DNA of 64,000 nucleotides from Thermodesulfobacteriota bacterium (GTDB lineage Bacteria; Desulfobacterota_D; UBA1144), in the NCBI GenBank assembly GCA_036337225.1, contig JAYZEP010000004.1, forward strand, positions 1,252 to 65,251, written 5' to 3'. The notes under the pieces are model-generated. The model searched no databases. It saw only the letters and a list, made by a program, of their open reading frames with translations, and was not told the DNA's origin. Below are positions 1 to 9,950 of this stretch, piece by piece (positions within the stretch are counted from its first letter, which is position 1; the number at the start of each line of letters is the position of its first letter). A program made the translations under genes and the position numbers.

Positions 1-2
1 AA

Positions 3-140
3 CTTGCTGAGTGCCCGAGTTTTGGACAGTGTATTTTTGATTACGATAAAGATTGCATTGGAGCCGTAAGCTATCTACAGTTAGCAAAAGAACTGATATC
101 AAAGAATGGAGGATCATTTGTTGAAAAAGTCTCTTGGTAA
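3..140 (+). CDS. parA: ParA/Soj chromosome-partitioning ATPase, C-terminal fragment (5' end outside window)
   Basis: Frame 3 is open from the window edge. It translates to LAECPSFGQCIFDYDKDCIGAVSYLQLAKELISKNGG..., which resembles the ParA/Soj C-terminus. Stop TAA 138-140 overlaps the parB start by 35 nt. Not in the ORF track because it has no start in the window. Confidence 0.7.
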   Translation, partial: LAECPSFGQCIFDYDKDCIGAVSYLQLAKELISKNGGSFVEKVSW

Positions 141-969
141 AGGATTAGATTCGTTAATTAGATCAAATGAAAAAACACTTGTCGATAGAGACGAAGCTAG
201 TGGTATAACTTCTGTTTTTATTTCGGACATAATACCAAACAAGAATCAACCAAGAAAGAGTTTTGACAAACAAATTCTTGATGACTTAGTTGAATCAATA
301 CGAGACAACGGGATAATACAGCCAATCGTGGTTAGGAGAGTCAATGATAATCGATATGAAATCATAGCTGGCGAAAGACGGTGGAGAGCCGCTCAGATTG
401 CTGCACTCTCAAAAGTACCGGTCGTTATAACCGAGGCAACAGATCAGAAAGCTTTCGAATTAGCCCTTGCAGAAAACATTCAGAGAGAAGACCTGAATCC
501 CATCGAGGAGGCTTTAGCTATAAAAGATCTGATTCAAACATATAATTTCTCTAATGACGACATCCTAAAAATAACTGGAAAGCAGAGATCAAGTATCGCT
601 AATATAGTTCGCATATTAGATTTACCTCCTAGCATAAGAAGGCTAATAGCCGAGAACAAGCTATCTAGAGGGCATGGAATCGCCCTATTGTCATTTCTGG
701 ACGAAACTACAATGATTAAGGTTGCTGATCAAATAATCAAAAAAGAATTAAGTGTAAGGCAAGTTGAGAGCCTAGCAAGATCTTATAAGAATCCCGACAA
801 AAAAAGTCCGCAGGCTGAGAACGATATCTACCTGAGTAGTCTATCAAAAACCTTAGAAGATAAATTAGGATTAAAGGTTACACTTAGTGGAAATTCAAGG
901 TCAGGGAAAGTAGAGATAAGATATAGAACCTTAGATGAATTAAATAAAATAATCAATACTATTAAATAA
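106..969 (+). CDS. parB: ParB chromosome-partitioning protein
   Basis: 287-aa ORF with ParB-box motifs IIQPIVVR and GERRWRAAQ. It directly follows parA. Confidence 0.93.
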   Translation: MEDHLLKKSLGKGLDSLIRSNEKTLVDRDEASGITSVFISDIIPNKNQPRKSFDKQILDDLVESIRDNGIIQPIVVRRVNDNRYEIIAGERRWRAAQIAALSKVPVVITEATDQKAFELALAENIQREDLNPIEEALAIKDLIQTYNFSNDDILKITGKQRSSIANIVRILDLPPSIRRLIAENKLSRGHGIALLSFLDETTMIKVADQIIKKELSVRQVESLARSYKNPDKKSPQAENDIYLSSLSKTLEDKLGLKVTLSGNSRSGKVEIRYRTLDELNKIINTIK

Positions 970-970
970 C

Positions 971-1231
971 ATGAAGAATTTTAATGTAACCATAGAAATT
1001 ATGCCTCTCGATAGTGTTCTCGATCCACAGGGTGAAGCTTTAGAGCTGGTTGCAAAACGCAGTAAAACCTATAAGGCAAAAGATTTTAGGGTTGGAAAAA
1101 AAATTGTCTTTTCCCTATTGTCAAAAAACAAAGCTGATTGTACCTATTCCGTTAGAAAATTATGCAAAGATTTTTTAGTTAATGAAATTGTTGAGCAGTA
1201 TAAAATTAAGATTGAACATGCGAAAGATTAA
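971..1231 (+). CDS. purS: Phosphoribosylformylglycinamidine synthase subunit PurS
   Basis: 86-aa ORF of PurS size with an LDPQGEA motif. It is immediately upstream of purQ and overlaps it. Confidence 0.85.
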   Translation: MKNFNVTIEIMPLDSVLDPQGEALELVAKRSKTYKAKDFRVGKKIVFSLLSKNKADCTYSVRKLCKDFLVNEIVEQYKIKIEHAKD

Positions 1232-1916
1232 TTTTGGAATTATTCAATTTCCTGGATCAAATTGCGAAGAAGATTGCTTTAACGTAATCAAGAATATTCT
1301 AAAACAAAATTGCACGTATATATGGCATGATTCCAACACGTTTACCAACATTGATTGTATTATAGTTCCTGGAGGCTTCTCATACGGTGATTATCTAAGA
1401 ACCGGTGCTATCGCTGCTCAAAGCAAAATAAGTTATAAAATTAAAGACTTTGCAAATCGAGGTGGGGTCGTCATTGGTATTTGCAATGGCTTTCAAATCC
1501 TAACAGAACTAAAGCTCCTTCCTGGTATTTTATTGAGGAATCAATCTTTAAATTTTATTTGCAAAGATGTTTTAATAAAAATCGAAGATAATACAACAAG
1601 GTTTACTAACTTGTACGAGCACGGTCAAATCATACGAATCCCCATCGCACATGCAGAAGGCAATTTATATCTAAGCAAAGAAGAAATTGATTCCATCAAA
1701 ACGAATAATCAAATCATGTTTACTTACTGCAATAGGGATGGCAAACCAACTGTTGAATCAAACCCTAATGGTTCCATCCTAAATATAGCAGGACTTTCAA
1801 ACAAGGAGGGCAACGTCTTAGGCTTAATGCCTCACCCCGAGAGAGCTTCGGACACAGTTTTGGGAAATACGGATGGAAAAAAATTATTTGAGTCAATAAT
1901 CAACTATATTAATTAA
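1218..1916 (+). CDS. purQ: Phosphoribosylformylglycinamidine synthase glutaminase subunit PurQ
   Basis: Class-I amidotransferase with nucleophile Cys in GICNGFQ and a C-terminal MPHPER. The internal ATG at 1218 gives the canonical N-terminus MRKINFGIIQFPGSNCE; the ORF-track start at 1182 is probably too long. Confidence 0.9.
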   Translation: MRKINFGIIQFPGSNCEEDCFNVIKNILKQNCTYIWHDSNTFTNIDCIIVPGGFSYGDYLRTGAIAAQSKISYKIKDFANRGGVVIGICNGFQILTELKLLPGILLRNQSLNFICKDVLIKIEDNTTRFTNLYEHGQIIRIPIAHAEGNLYLSKEEIDSIKTNNQIMFTYCNRDGKPTVESNPNGSILNIAGLSNKEGNVLGLMPHPERASDTVLGNTDGKKLFESIINYIN

Positions 1917-1961
1917 ACTAGGCTTGCAATTAGGTTTAATTATTTATGTTACATTATAGCT

Positions 1962-2201
1962 ATGAGTGACATCACGAAACCCAACTTTTTTTTAGACATA
2001 AGTTCTGACTTTTGCCCAATGACGTTTGTTAAAACAAAATTGCAACTAAAAAAAATGTCTAGTGGAGAAATCTTAGAGGTAAAAATATCCGAAGGCGAGC
2101 CTTTGGAGTCAGTCCCTGAGAATGTTGAACACGATGGTCACAAAGTTATTTCCGTAAAACCTAATGGAAACAATTCTAGGATATTCATCCAAAAAGCCTA
2201 A
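1962..2201 (+). CDS. TusA/SirA-like sulfur-carrier (sulfurtransferase) protein
   Basis: 79 aa. LDISSDFCPMTFVKTKLQLKKMSSGEILEV matches the TusA fold signature LD.RG..CP.P....K..L..L..GE.L.V, with the conserved Cys present. Confidence 0.75.
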   Translation: MSDITKPNFFLDISSDFCPMTFVKTKLQLKKMSSGEILEVKISEGEPLESVPENVEHDGHKVISVKPNGNNSRIFIQKA

Positions 2202-2202
2202 A

Positions 2203-3126
2203 ATGGGAGATTCTTTGAAAGAGTTATCTGGAATTAATTCTGTAATAGATTTAATTGGAAATACTCCATTAATAAAACTAAATGGATTTCCAGAGCTAGA
2301 ACCCACGAAAGAACTTTATGTAAAAGCGGAATGGTTCAATCCAGGGGGCTCCATCAAAGATAGGGCTGCACTATCAATGATTACTGATGGAATAAATTCC
2401 AAGAAACTAAATTCAAAGAAGATAATTATGGATTCTTCATCTGGCAATACCGCTATTGCGTATGCAATGATTGGTGCTGCACTTGGATTCAAAGTCGAAT
2501 TAGTAACACCAGAGAATATTAATGTTGAAAGAAAAAAAACACTCCAAGCCTATGGGGCAAAAATTATTTATTCAAGCCCCCTGGAAGGCTCAGATGGTGC
2601 AATTATTGAAGCAAGAAAGTTGGCAAAAAAATTTCCTGACAAATATTTTATGCCAGATCAATACAACAATCCTGCCAATCCTCTAGCCCATTTTCAAACC
2701 ACCGGTCCAGAGATATGGGAACAAACGAAAGGGGCAATAACCCATCTTATTTCTGGAATTGGTACTGGTGGAACAGCAATGGGAGCCGGGGAATATCTCA
2801 AAACTAAGAATTCAAATATAAAAGTCATTGGAGTTCAGCCCGATGATTCCCTACATGGCTTAGAAGGTTTAAAGCATATACCAACATCAATCAAGCCGGG
2901 GATTTACAATGAAGAGTTAATAGACGAACTGTTCTGGGCAAACACAGAAAAATCTTATGAGATAATGGAGAAATTAGTAAATTTGGAGGGGATGTTTGTA
3001 GGGCATTCTGGTGGAGCTGTTGTATTAGCCGCCCTAAAAGAATTAAGCAAAACAGATAATGGAGTCATTGTATGTATCGTCCCGGATGGTGGCTATAGAT
3101 ATTTGAGTGGAGGAGTCTGGTGGTAA
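2203..3126 (+). CDS. cysM: Cysteine synthase (CysK/CysM family, PLP-dependent)
   Basis: PLP-lysine motif NPGGSIKDRAA, SSGNTAIAYA and GIGTGGT. ATG 2203 lies 1 nt after the tusA-like stop; the ORF-track start at 2164 overlaps tusA. Confidence 0.88.
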   Translation: MGDSLKELSGINSVIDLIGNTPLIKLNGFPELEPTKELYVKAEWFNPGGSIKDRAALSMITDGINSKKLNSKKIIMDSSSGNTAIAYAMIGAALGFKVELVTPENINVERKKTLQAYGAKIIYSSPLEGSDGAIIEARKLAKKFPDKYFMPDQYNNPANPLAHFQTTGPEIWEQTKGAITHLISGIGTGGTAMGAGEYLKTKNSNIKVIGVQPDDSLHGLEGLKHIPTSIKPGIYNEELIDELFWANTEKSYEIMEKLVNLEGMFVGHSGGAVVLAALKELSKTDNGVIVCIVPDGGYRYLSGGVWW

Positions 3127-3566
3127 AAACAACAACAGAAATAAATAATAAGCTTATAAAAATATCGCAAGAAGGGTTCCCATATGAAGTTTGTGGTTTT
3201 TTACTTGGTAAATTAGAATACGGCGAAAACAAATCTGATGGCACAGATACCAAATTCGATATAAAAGAAGTCCTTGTTTGCGAAAACATAAATAAAGAAT
3301 CTCCTGAGGTGAGATTTATGATGAAAGAGGGAGAATGGAAAAGGGCTGAAGAAGTTGCTGATGAAAAAGGACTAAGAGTAATTGGGGTATATCATTCTCA
3401 CCCTAATCATAAAGCTTATGCTTCTACAACAGACAATTTATACGCACAACCTGATACCATATACTTAATATATTCTATTTTGGAAGCTAAGTTCCATGAG
3501 GTTAAGGGCTATATGTTGAATACAAAAACTAACAAATTGCAAGAAACTGAAATCCACATATCATGA
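3120..3566 (+). CDS. JAMM/MPN+ (Mov34) metalloprotease, Mec+-like
   Basis: 148 aa with an intact JAMM signature: E in PYEVCG, and HSHPNHKAYASTTD (H-x-H-x7-S-x2-D). The GTG start overlaps the cysM stop (GTGGTAA). Confidence 0.8.
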   Translation: MVKTTTEINNKLIKISQEGFPYEVCGFLLGKLEYGENKSDGTDTKFDIKEVLVCENINKESPEVRFMMKEGEWKRAEEVADEKGLRVIGVYHSHPNHKAYASTTDNLYAQPDTIYLIYSILEAKFHEVKGYMLNTKTNKLQETEIHIS

Positions 3567-4285
3567 AAGAAAGAAAAAAAATTGTATTAATAACAGGCGC
3601 TGCGAAAAGAATTGGAAGAGAAATTGCGCTCAGATTACCTGTAGAGAAATACAAATTTATAATTCATTACAACGAATCAAAAAAAGATGCTGACAATGTT
3701 ATTAAGAAGATAAAAAACAATGGTGGTGAAGCAAAATCTATCAAGTTTGATTTATCAAAAAGTAAATCGATAGGGAAGTTTGCTAAATCTTGCGAAAAAT
3801 TATATGGTCGGATTGACATATTAATCAACAATGCCTCAATTTTTAAGAGTCAAAGTTTCGGAAATATTACAGAGAAGGATTTTGATACATTTCTTAATGT
3901 AAACCTGAAAGCACCTTTTCTTTTATCTCAACATATATCTAAAGATATGAAAAGAAGAAGATATGGGAAAATTATAAATATCACGGATTCTATTGGGGTG
4001 AATAAAACTTGGAAAGATTATTCCTGTTATTGCATATCGAAGGGTGGACTTGAAACAATGACCAAGGCTTTGTCCTTGGAACTAAGTCCTCACATACAAG
4101 TAAATTCAATAGCACCAGGAGCAATATTAAAACCAATAAAAAGCGTAGATAGAAAAATATATAGAAGTACGTACAATTCCACAAAGGCCTTAGATAGCTT
4201 GGTAAATTCCGTAGAACTATTAATAAGTTCTGATTTTCTCTCTGGAGAAAGTATTAATATAGACAATGGAGAAAGACTTACTTAG
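3563..4285 (+). CDS. Short-chain dehydrogenase, pteridine reductase (PTR1/FolM)-like
   Basis: ITGAAKRIGREIALRL followed by IIHYNES resembles PTR1/FolM. Catalytic Y-x3-K is in YCISKGG. The ATG overlaps the JAMM stop (ATGA). Confidence 0.6.
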   Translation: MKERKKIVLITGAAKRIGREIALRLPVEKYKFIIHYNESKKDADNVIKKIKNNGGEAKSIKFDLSKSKSIGKFAKSCEKLYGRIDILINNASIFKSQSFGNITEKDFDTFLNVNLKAPFLLSQHISKDMKRRRYGKIINITDSIGVNKTWKDYSCYCISKGGLETMTKALSLELSPHIQVNSIAPGAILKPIKSVDRKIYRSTYNSTKALDSLVNSVELLISSDFLSGESINIDNGERLT

Positions 4286-5325
4286 TTTTGGCTATTCACA
4301 CCCACGATCTCGGACAAACTTTTAATTCCATCATTTTCCATTAAGATTTTGAGCTCATCGTTAATATGATTTATCAAACCCGGGCCTTCAAAAATTAATG
4401 CTGTGTATAATTGCACCAAATTTGCACCTAATTTGATTTTTTCATAAACATCTTTTCCACTAAAAATCCCACCCACGCCAATTATCGGCATAGAGCCCTT
4501 AGTGATACTATAAGTAAACGACAATTTCTTATTCGAGGGTATTGATAATGGTAGGCCCGAAAGACCTCCTTCCTCAGAACCATATTTTGATCTTAGTTCG
4601 AACCCTCTATCCTTAGTTGTATTAGTTAATATCAATCCATTTAGTCCGAACTTCATTGCCGATTCTACTATTGACACTATTTCATTATTTTCTAAATCAG
4701 GAGAGATTTTAATAAATATTGGTGTTTTTGATATTCGATTAAGCTGAATTTCTTTTAACAGATCTTTAACCTTTGAGGTTTCAAACTCTCTTAAGTCGGG
4801 CGTATTTGGAGATGATACATTTATCGTTATATAATCAGCCAATTCCTCTACTTGTTTTAGATTATCGATATAGTCTTGAATCCGGTTATTCGAATCTTTG
4901 TTGGGACCAATGTTGACTCCCAGTTTTCGATCTTCTTTGAAGTGTAGCCTGGTCTCAAGATTACGAAGAATGTTGTTGACTCCAATGTTGTTAAAACCCA
5001 ACCTGTTGATTAAAGCTCTATCCTCCTTTAGCCTGAATATTCTTGGTTTTGGATTTCCAGATTGAGGCATTGGGGTTATGGTTCCGACTTCGACAAAGCC
5101 AAAGCCAATTTTAAATAATTCATGGAAGATTTCAGCATTTTTATCAAATCCAGCAGCTAGACCTACCGGAGACGAAAAAGATAGGCCACTCACAGACACT
5201 TTTAGCTCTGAAGGGATGTCCGATTTATAAAAATTCAAAAAACCAAGCTTGATTAATTTAATCGCCAGATTATGAGCAATCTCTGGCTCAAAAGTCCAGA
5301 ACAAAGGTCGAATGACACGATACAT
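4282..5325 (-). CDS. pyrD: Dihydroorotate dehydrogenase (quinone), class 2
   Basis: 347 aa with GFGFVEVGTITP, NVSSPNTP (class-2 catalytic Ser region) and GVGGI motifs. Confidence 0.92.
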   Translation of the reverse strand: MYRVIRPLFWTFEPEIAHNLAIKLIKLGFLNFYKSDIPSELKVSVSGLSFSSPVGLAAGFDKNAEIFHELFKIGFGFVEVGTITPMPQSGNPKPRIFRLKEDRALINRLGFNNIGVNNILRNLETRLHFKEDRKLGVNIGPNKDSNNRIQDYIDNLKQVEELADYITINVSSPNTPDLREFETSKVKDLLKEIQLNRISKTPIFIKISPDLENNEIVSIVESAMKFGLNGLILTNTTKDRGFELRSKYGSEEGGLSGLPLSIPSNKKLSFTYSITKGSMPIIGVGGIFSGKDVYEKIKLGANLVQLYTALIFEGPGLINHINDELKILMENDGIKSLSEIVGVNSQN

Positions 5326-5377
5326 ATAAAGTACACTTATTTTAACTCTTAAAAGGGCTATTTCAAAAAATAAAAAG

Positions 5378-5406
5378 TTGACTTATTTTTTTACGTTCGC
5401 TATTTT
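5378..5406 (+). promoter_or_regulatory. Putative sigma-70 promoter of ftsK
   Basis: TTGACT (5378-5383), 17-nt spacer, TATTTT (5401-5406), 15 nt upstream of the ftsK ATG. Motif match only. Confidence 0.35.
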
Positions 5407-5421
5407 CATAAAAGAGCATTA

Positions 5422-7548
5422 ATGTTTAATTTTAAAAGAAAAATACCGAACATCATTAAAATCATTTCGTATTATTTTTCAGTAATAATTGGCCTACTAA
5501 TTTCATTACTTTTAACTATTGGCATAATTGTCAATTTCTTCGAATTACCTAATGCGGCAGCGCTAATAGGAGGATTAGGCAGTCAGGTCTCAGAGAAGTA
5601 TTATTACCTCTTTGGCATTTCTGGCTTAATAATATCAATCTTCCTTATCGTATATATATCAAAGTCGCTTAGAGAAAAGACGGAAGGTGTCTTTTGGAGA
5701 AAATTCTTTTTTGTTTTCCTGTTAGCACTTGCGGTTGGTGGCCTATTAAGAGTAGGGAAAAAAATTTTCGGGTTTTCACAATTTGAGATTATCGGATTTA
5801 TCCCAAGTCGAATAACCGACTTTTTAGTAGAGAACATCACCGGAATACTTGGTACTTCAATATTTTATCTTTTTATAGTTCTAATTGCTATTCAACAACT
5901 AAATAGTCAATCAATAAGAAGCGCCCTATCTAATGTGTTGGGTGCAATAAAGAATATTCTTCTTAGAAAGAAAAACAACGAGGAAGTTCCCTCTGCGTCT
6001 CAAAATGATGAAATAAAAATAAACCTTAACGATGACTCGGAATCCAAAATATCACAGGAGCACAAAGTTGATACCCCACAGCTAGAGAATGTGCCAAAAC
6101 AAAGTACTAGTCCTAACAAGAAGAAGTCGCAATACGGCAAGTTCCTACTGCCATCACTAGATTTACTTGACAATCCTCCGGTTCAATCTGTAAGTTACGA
6201 CAAGGAAAAAGCTCTGGAAAAGGCTAAAACAATAGAAGAAAAATTATTAAACTTTGGGATTGAAGGAAAAATAACAGAAGTAAAGCCCGGCCCCGTCATT
6301 ACACTCTATGAATACAAACCGGAGCCAGAGACGAAAATCAATAAAATTTCTTCATTATCCAACGATTTAGCAATGGCACTTAAAGCTACCAGCGTTAGAA
6401 TCATCGCTCCAATTCCCGGGAAAGATGTTGTCGGTATCGAAGTACCCAATGAAATTCGAGAAACTGTTTACTTAAAGGATCTACTCTCAAAAAAGCAATT
6501 TAAAAACAGTACAAATTCACTGTACCTTGCGTTAGGCAAAGACATATTTGGCACACCTTTCTTTACTGATTTAAAAAAAGCTCCACATCTGATGATCGGA
6601 GGAACCACAGGATCTGGGAAAAGCGTATTTCTTCATAGCATTATAACCAGCATGCTTTATAAAGCTTCACCTCAAGATTTAAGATTTATAATGATAGACC
6701 CTAAAATGTTGGAGCTTTCTGGTTATGAAGACATACCTCACCTACTACATCCCATTGTGACAAATCCAAAAAAAGCAGCGGCAGCATTAAAATGGGCCGT
6801 AAAAGAAATGGACACACGTTATAAACTTTTATCCGATATAGGCGTCAGAGATATAGATTCATACAATGCAAAAATTCAGACAACCAAAGAATTTAATTCG
6901 TCATCCGAGTTATTGCTACCATTTATTGTCATTATTATTGACGAGTTGGCTGACTTAATGTTCGTATCATCCACGAATGAAGTTAAAGAGTCTATCACTA
7001 GGCTGTCACAAATGGCTAGAGCGGCGGGTATACATTTAATAGTAGCAAGCCAAAGGCCTTCTGCGGATGTTGTAGCAGGATTAATTAAGGCAAATTTTCC
7101 GGCAAGAATATCTTTTGCTGTATCATCTAAGACTGACTCTAGAATTATCCTGGATTCATCCGGAGCAGAAGAGCTTCTAGGGAAAGGGGATATGCTTTTA
7201 CTTCAACCCCCAAATAATTTAATGAGAATTCAAGGATCAATGATTTCGGACAAAGAACGAGAAAATATAGCGGATTTTCTAAAAAAGCAGGGCACTCCAG
7301 AATACAACACTGAAATAACAAAGACAGAGAATGACGTCTCTCAAGGTCATTTATCATACGAAAAAGATGAACTATACGAACAAGCTTTAGACATCGTAAG
7401 GCAAACCAAACAGGCTTCCATCTCAATGATTCAGAGAAGGCTCAAAATTGGGTACAACAGAGCTGCAAACATTATTGAAACAATGGAAAGAGAAGGAATA
7501 GTGGGAGAGCAAGAATCCGCCGGTAAGCCAAGAAAAGTTTATCTATGA
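5422..7548 (+). CDS. ftsK: DNA translocase FtsK
   Basis: N-terminal membrane helices, a low-complexity linker, Walker A GGTTGSGKS, and a C-terminal gamma winged helix SISMIQRRLKIGYNRAANIIE. Confidence 0.93.
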   Translation: MFNFKRKIPNIIKIISYYFSVIIGLLISLLLTIGIIVNFFELPNAAALIGGLGSQVSEKYYYLFGISGLIISIFLIVYISKSLREKTEGVFWRKFFFVFLLALAVGGLLRVGKKIFGFSQFEIIGFIPSRITDFLVENITGILGTSIFYLFIVLIAIQQLNSQSIRSALSNVLGAIKNILLRKKNNEEVPSASQNDEIKINLNDDSESKISQEHKVDTPQLENVPKQSTSPNKKKSQYGKFLLPSLDLLDNPPVQSVSYDKEKALEKAKTIEEKLLNFGIEGKITEVKPGPVITLYEYKPEPETKINKISSLSNDLAMALKATSVRIIAPIPGKDVVGIEVPNEIRETVYLKDLLSKKQFKNSTNSLYLALGKDIFGTPFFTDLKKAPHLMIGGTTGSGKSVFLHSIITSMLYKASPQDLRFIMIDPKMLELSGYEDIPHLLHPIVTNPKKAAAALKWAVKEMDTRYKLLSDIGVRDIDSYNAKIQTTKEFNSSSELLLPFIVIIIDELADLMFVSSTNEVKESITRLSQMARAAGIHLIVASQRPSADVVAGLIKANFPARISFAVSSKTDSRIILDSSGAEELLGKGDMLLLQPPNNLMRIQGSMISDKERENIADFLKKQGTPEYNTEITKTENDVSQGHLSYEKDELYEQALDIVRQTKQASISMIQRRLKIGYNRAANIIETMEREGIVGEQESAGKPRKVYL

Positions 7549-8270
7549 GTAATCCACTTGACGTACTTCAAGAAAAAATTATTCAGTCACAATCCATTGT
7601 GGTTTTAACCGGAGCAGGTGTATCTCAAGAAAGTGGCATTAGGACATTTCGAGGTGAAGATGGATTATGGAACGATTATAGGCCAGAGGAGCTTGCTAAC
7701 TACGAATCGTTCATTAAAGATCCTGTCACTGTATGGGAGTGGTACGAATGGAGAAAAAATATAATAATTAATTCTAAACCCAATGATTGTCATTATGGGC
7801 TAAGCACAATAGAGTCAAAAAAAAAATTATCAATTGTATCTCAGAATGTGGACGGTCTTCATGATGAAGCGGGTAGCAAAAATCTTATAGAATTGCATGG
7901 AAATATTTGGGAAACGCTGTGTGTGCAGTGTAAGGATATTCGTAAAAACAAAAGCTTACATGAAACAATCCCCCCATGCTGCTCTTTGTGTAATGGACTA
8001 TTAAGACCTAATGTTGTTTGGTTTGATGAAATTATCCCAATGTCCACAATAGAAAGCATCTCCGAGAAAATTAACGACTGTGATCTTTTTTTGATTCTTG
8101 GGACATCTGGTTTAGTGCAACCAGCTTCGTGGTTCGGCATGCATGCAAAACAAAAGGACAAATACGTTATAGAAGTCAATATTGATATCACACCAAATAA
8201 TCAATTCTACAATTTACATATTCAAGGTAAAGTTGGGGAAGTTTTTAGTCGTTTGAATTACGATTTTTGA
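7545..8270 (+). CDS. cobB: NAD-dependent protein deacylase (Sir2 family)
   Basis: GAGVSQESGIRTFRG, catalytic ELHGN, and Zn-ribbon Cys pairs CVQC...CSLC. Confidence 0.9.
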   Translation: MSNPLDVLQEKIIQSQSIVVLTGAGVSQESGIRTFRGEDGLWNDYRPEELANYESFIKDPVTVWEWYEWRKNIIINSKPNDCHYGLSTIESKKKLSIVSQNVDGLHDEAGSKNLIELHGNIWETLCVQCKDIRKNKSLHETIPPCCSLCNGLLRPNVVWFDEIIPMSTIESISEKINDCDLFLILGTSGLVQPASWFGMHAKQKDKYVIEVNIDITPNNQFYNLHIQGKVGEVFSRLNYDF

Positions 8271-9196
8271 TGCATTCTAATAGCTAATAGTATAGCTTCT
8301 TCCATGCTCTTTGAATTTGCTTTATTTTTCCAGGCTATGTCATAGGCAGTTCCATGATCGGGTGATGTCCGTACAAAAGGCAAGTTTAAGGTAGCATTTA
8401 CTCCTCGTTCAAATGCCAACATTTTAAAAGGGATAAGTCCTTGGTCATGATAAATTGAATGGATAATATCATAGTTTTTTCGATGTTGCTTAATGAACAA
8501 TGTGTCGGCTGGAAAAGGTCCATAGGCCAAAATCTTTTTTTTTCTTGCTAGTTCTACAGCAGGAAATGTAATACGCAAATCATCGTTCCCAATTTGGCCA
8601 TCCTCAGACGCGTGAGGATTGATAGCGCAAATAGCAATCTTGGGATTTTTTAAACCAAAGTATTGTTTTAATGATTCGTTGATTATTACAATTTGTTCTA
8701 AAATGATTAATTTATTGATTTGTGTTATGACGTCCTTAATAGGAATATGAATCGTTGAAAGAGAAATGTTGATATCTTTAGAAAAAAAAGACATAACGAC
8801 ATTCCTAATCTTGAAAGACTCTTGGAGCAAATCTGTATGACCTTTAAAATTTGAACCAGCCATACTGATGGCATGTTTACTAATTGGAGCAGTAACAAGA
8901 CAATCGATTGATTTTGATTTAATTAAATTGATACCTTCATAGATATAATTAAGGGATGCCCGACCTGATAGTAACGTAGGTTTTCCTGGATTAATTTGCA
9001 CCCTGTTAGATGTTTCGTAAATTTTAATTTTTTTATTAAATTTACATTGAAGTGCCTCCAGGACCTTGGAATCCGCAATGACTATGGGATGACATAAATC
9101 TAAAATTCGTTTTTTTTGTAGGGACTTGGCAACAACTTCAGGACCAATGCCATTAAAATCACCAATAGTTATTCCTATAGTGGGTTTTTTTTTCAT
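8258..9196 (-). CDS. pdxA: 4-hydroxythreonine-4-phosphate dehydrogenase
   Basis: 312 aa with INPHASEDG and TSPDHGTAYDIA, the PdxA metal-binding motifs. Confidence 0.9.
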   Translation of the reverse strand: MKKKPTIGITIGDFNGIGPEVVAKSLQKKRILDLCHPIVIADSKVLEALQCKFNKKIKIYETSNRVQINPGKPTLLSGRASLNYIYEGINLIKSKSIDCLVTAPISKHAISMAGSNFKGHTDLLQESFKIRNVVMSFFSKDINISLSTIHIPIKDVITQINKLIILEQIVIINESLKQYFGLKNPKIAICAINPHASEDGQIGNDDLRITFPAVELARKKKILAYGPFPADTLFIKQHRKNYDIIHSIYHDQGLIPFKMLAFERGVNATLNLPFVRTSPDHGTAYDIAWKNKANSKSMEEAILLAIRMHQKS

Positions 9197-9945
9197 AATT
9201 TGAAAAACTTAATAGAATTATCTCTTAATTGACTTGCCATTTCTACAAAGCTAACTTCCTTGATTAAAGATATACATTCAGCAATATAAATTAAATTTTT
9301 TGGATAATTTTTCTTGCCTCGCTTGGGCTCAGGTGATAAGTAGGGTGAGTCGGTTTCTATCATCATTCTATCTCCCGGAATATAACTAACAACGTCTCGC
9401 AGTTCGTTTGATTTCTTAAAAGTTACTATCCCCGTAAACGAGATATACGACCCAATATCTAGAAGAGCTTTCGCTATTGGCTTATCACCAGTATAGCAGT
9501 GAACCACATATTGGGTTCTTGGCTTTCTATTTTTTAAAAAATCAATCAATTCTTTATAAGACTCCCTAGAATGTATAACAAATGGAATATCAAGTTTTTC
9601 TGCAATTTCTATCTGAGAATCAAAAAAACTTAATTGTTGCTCAGCGTTCTGTTTAGAATAAAAAAAATCTAAGCCAATTTCCCCAATTGCTTTATTGTTT
9701 TGATTCTTTGCTAATTGTTCAATTTTATCAAGATCTTTTAAATGAAATCTCTCAGTGTCACAAGGATGGACTCCAACCGCGGAAAAAACACCCTCAAACG
9801 TATTGGCAATTTCTATGTTCCTCTCCGAAGAATCAAGATCTGTAGACATAGATATGATTTCTTTTACCTGAGACTGGGCAGAATCAATCAAAATGCTTTC
9901 CAAATCTTCAAAGCTATTTAAATGAGCATGAGTATCAATCAACAT
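9193..9945 (-). CDS. tatD: TatD-family metal-dependent hydrolase (DNase)
   Basis: N-terminal IDTHAHL, GEIGLD, HSR/HCY and ETDSPYL motifs. Confidence 0.88.
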   Translation of the reverse strand: MLIDTHAHLNSFEDLESILIDSAQSQVKEIISMSTDLDSSERNIEIANTFEGVFSAVGVHPCDTERFHLKDLDKIEQLAKNQNNKAIGEIGLDFFYSKQNAEQQLSFFDSQIEIAEKLDIPFVIHSRESYKELIDFLKNRKPRTQYVVHCYTGDKPIAKALLDIGSYISFTGIVTFKKSNELRDVVSYIPGDRMMIETDSPYLSPEPKRGKKNYPKNLIYIAECISLIKEVSFVEMASQLRDNSIKFFKL

Positions 9946-9950
9946 CTTGC

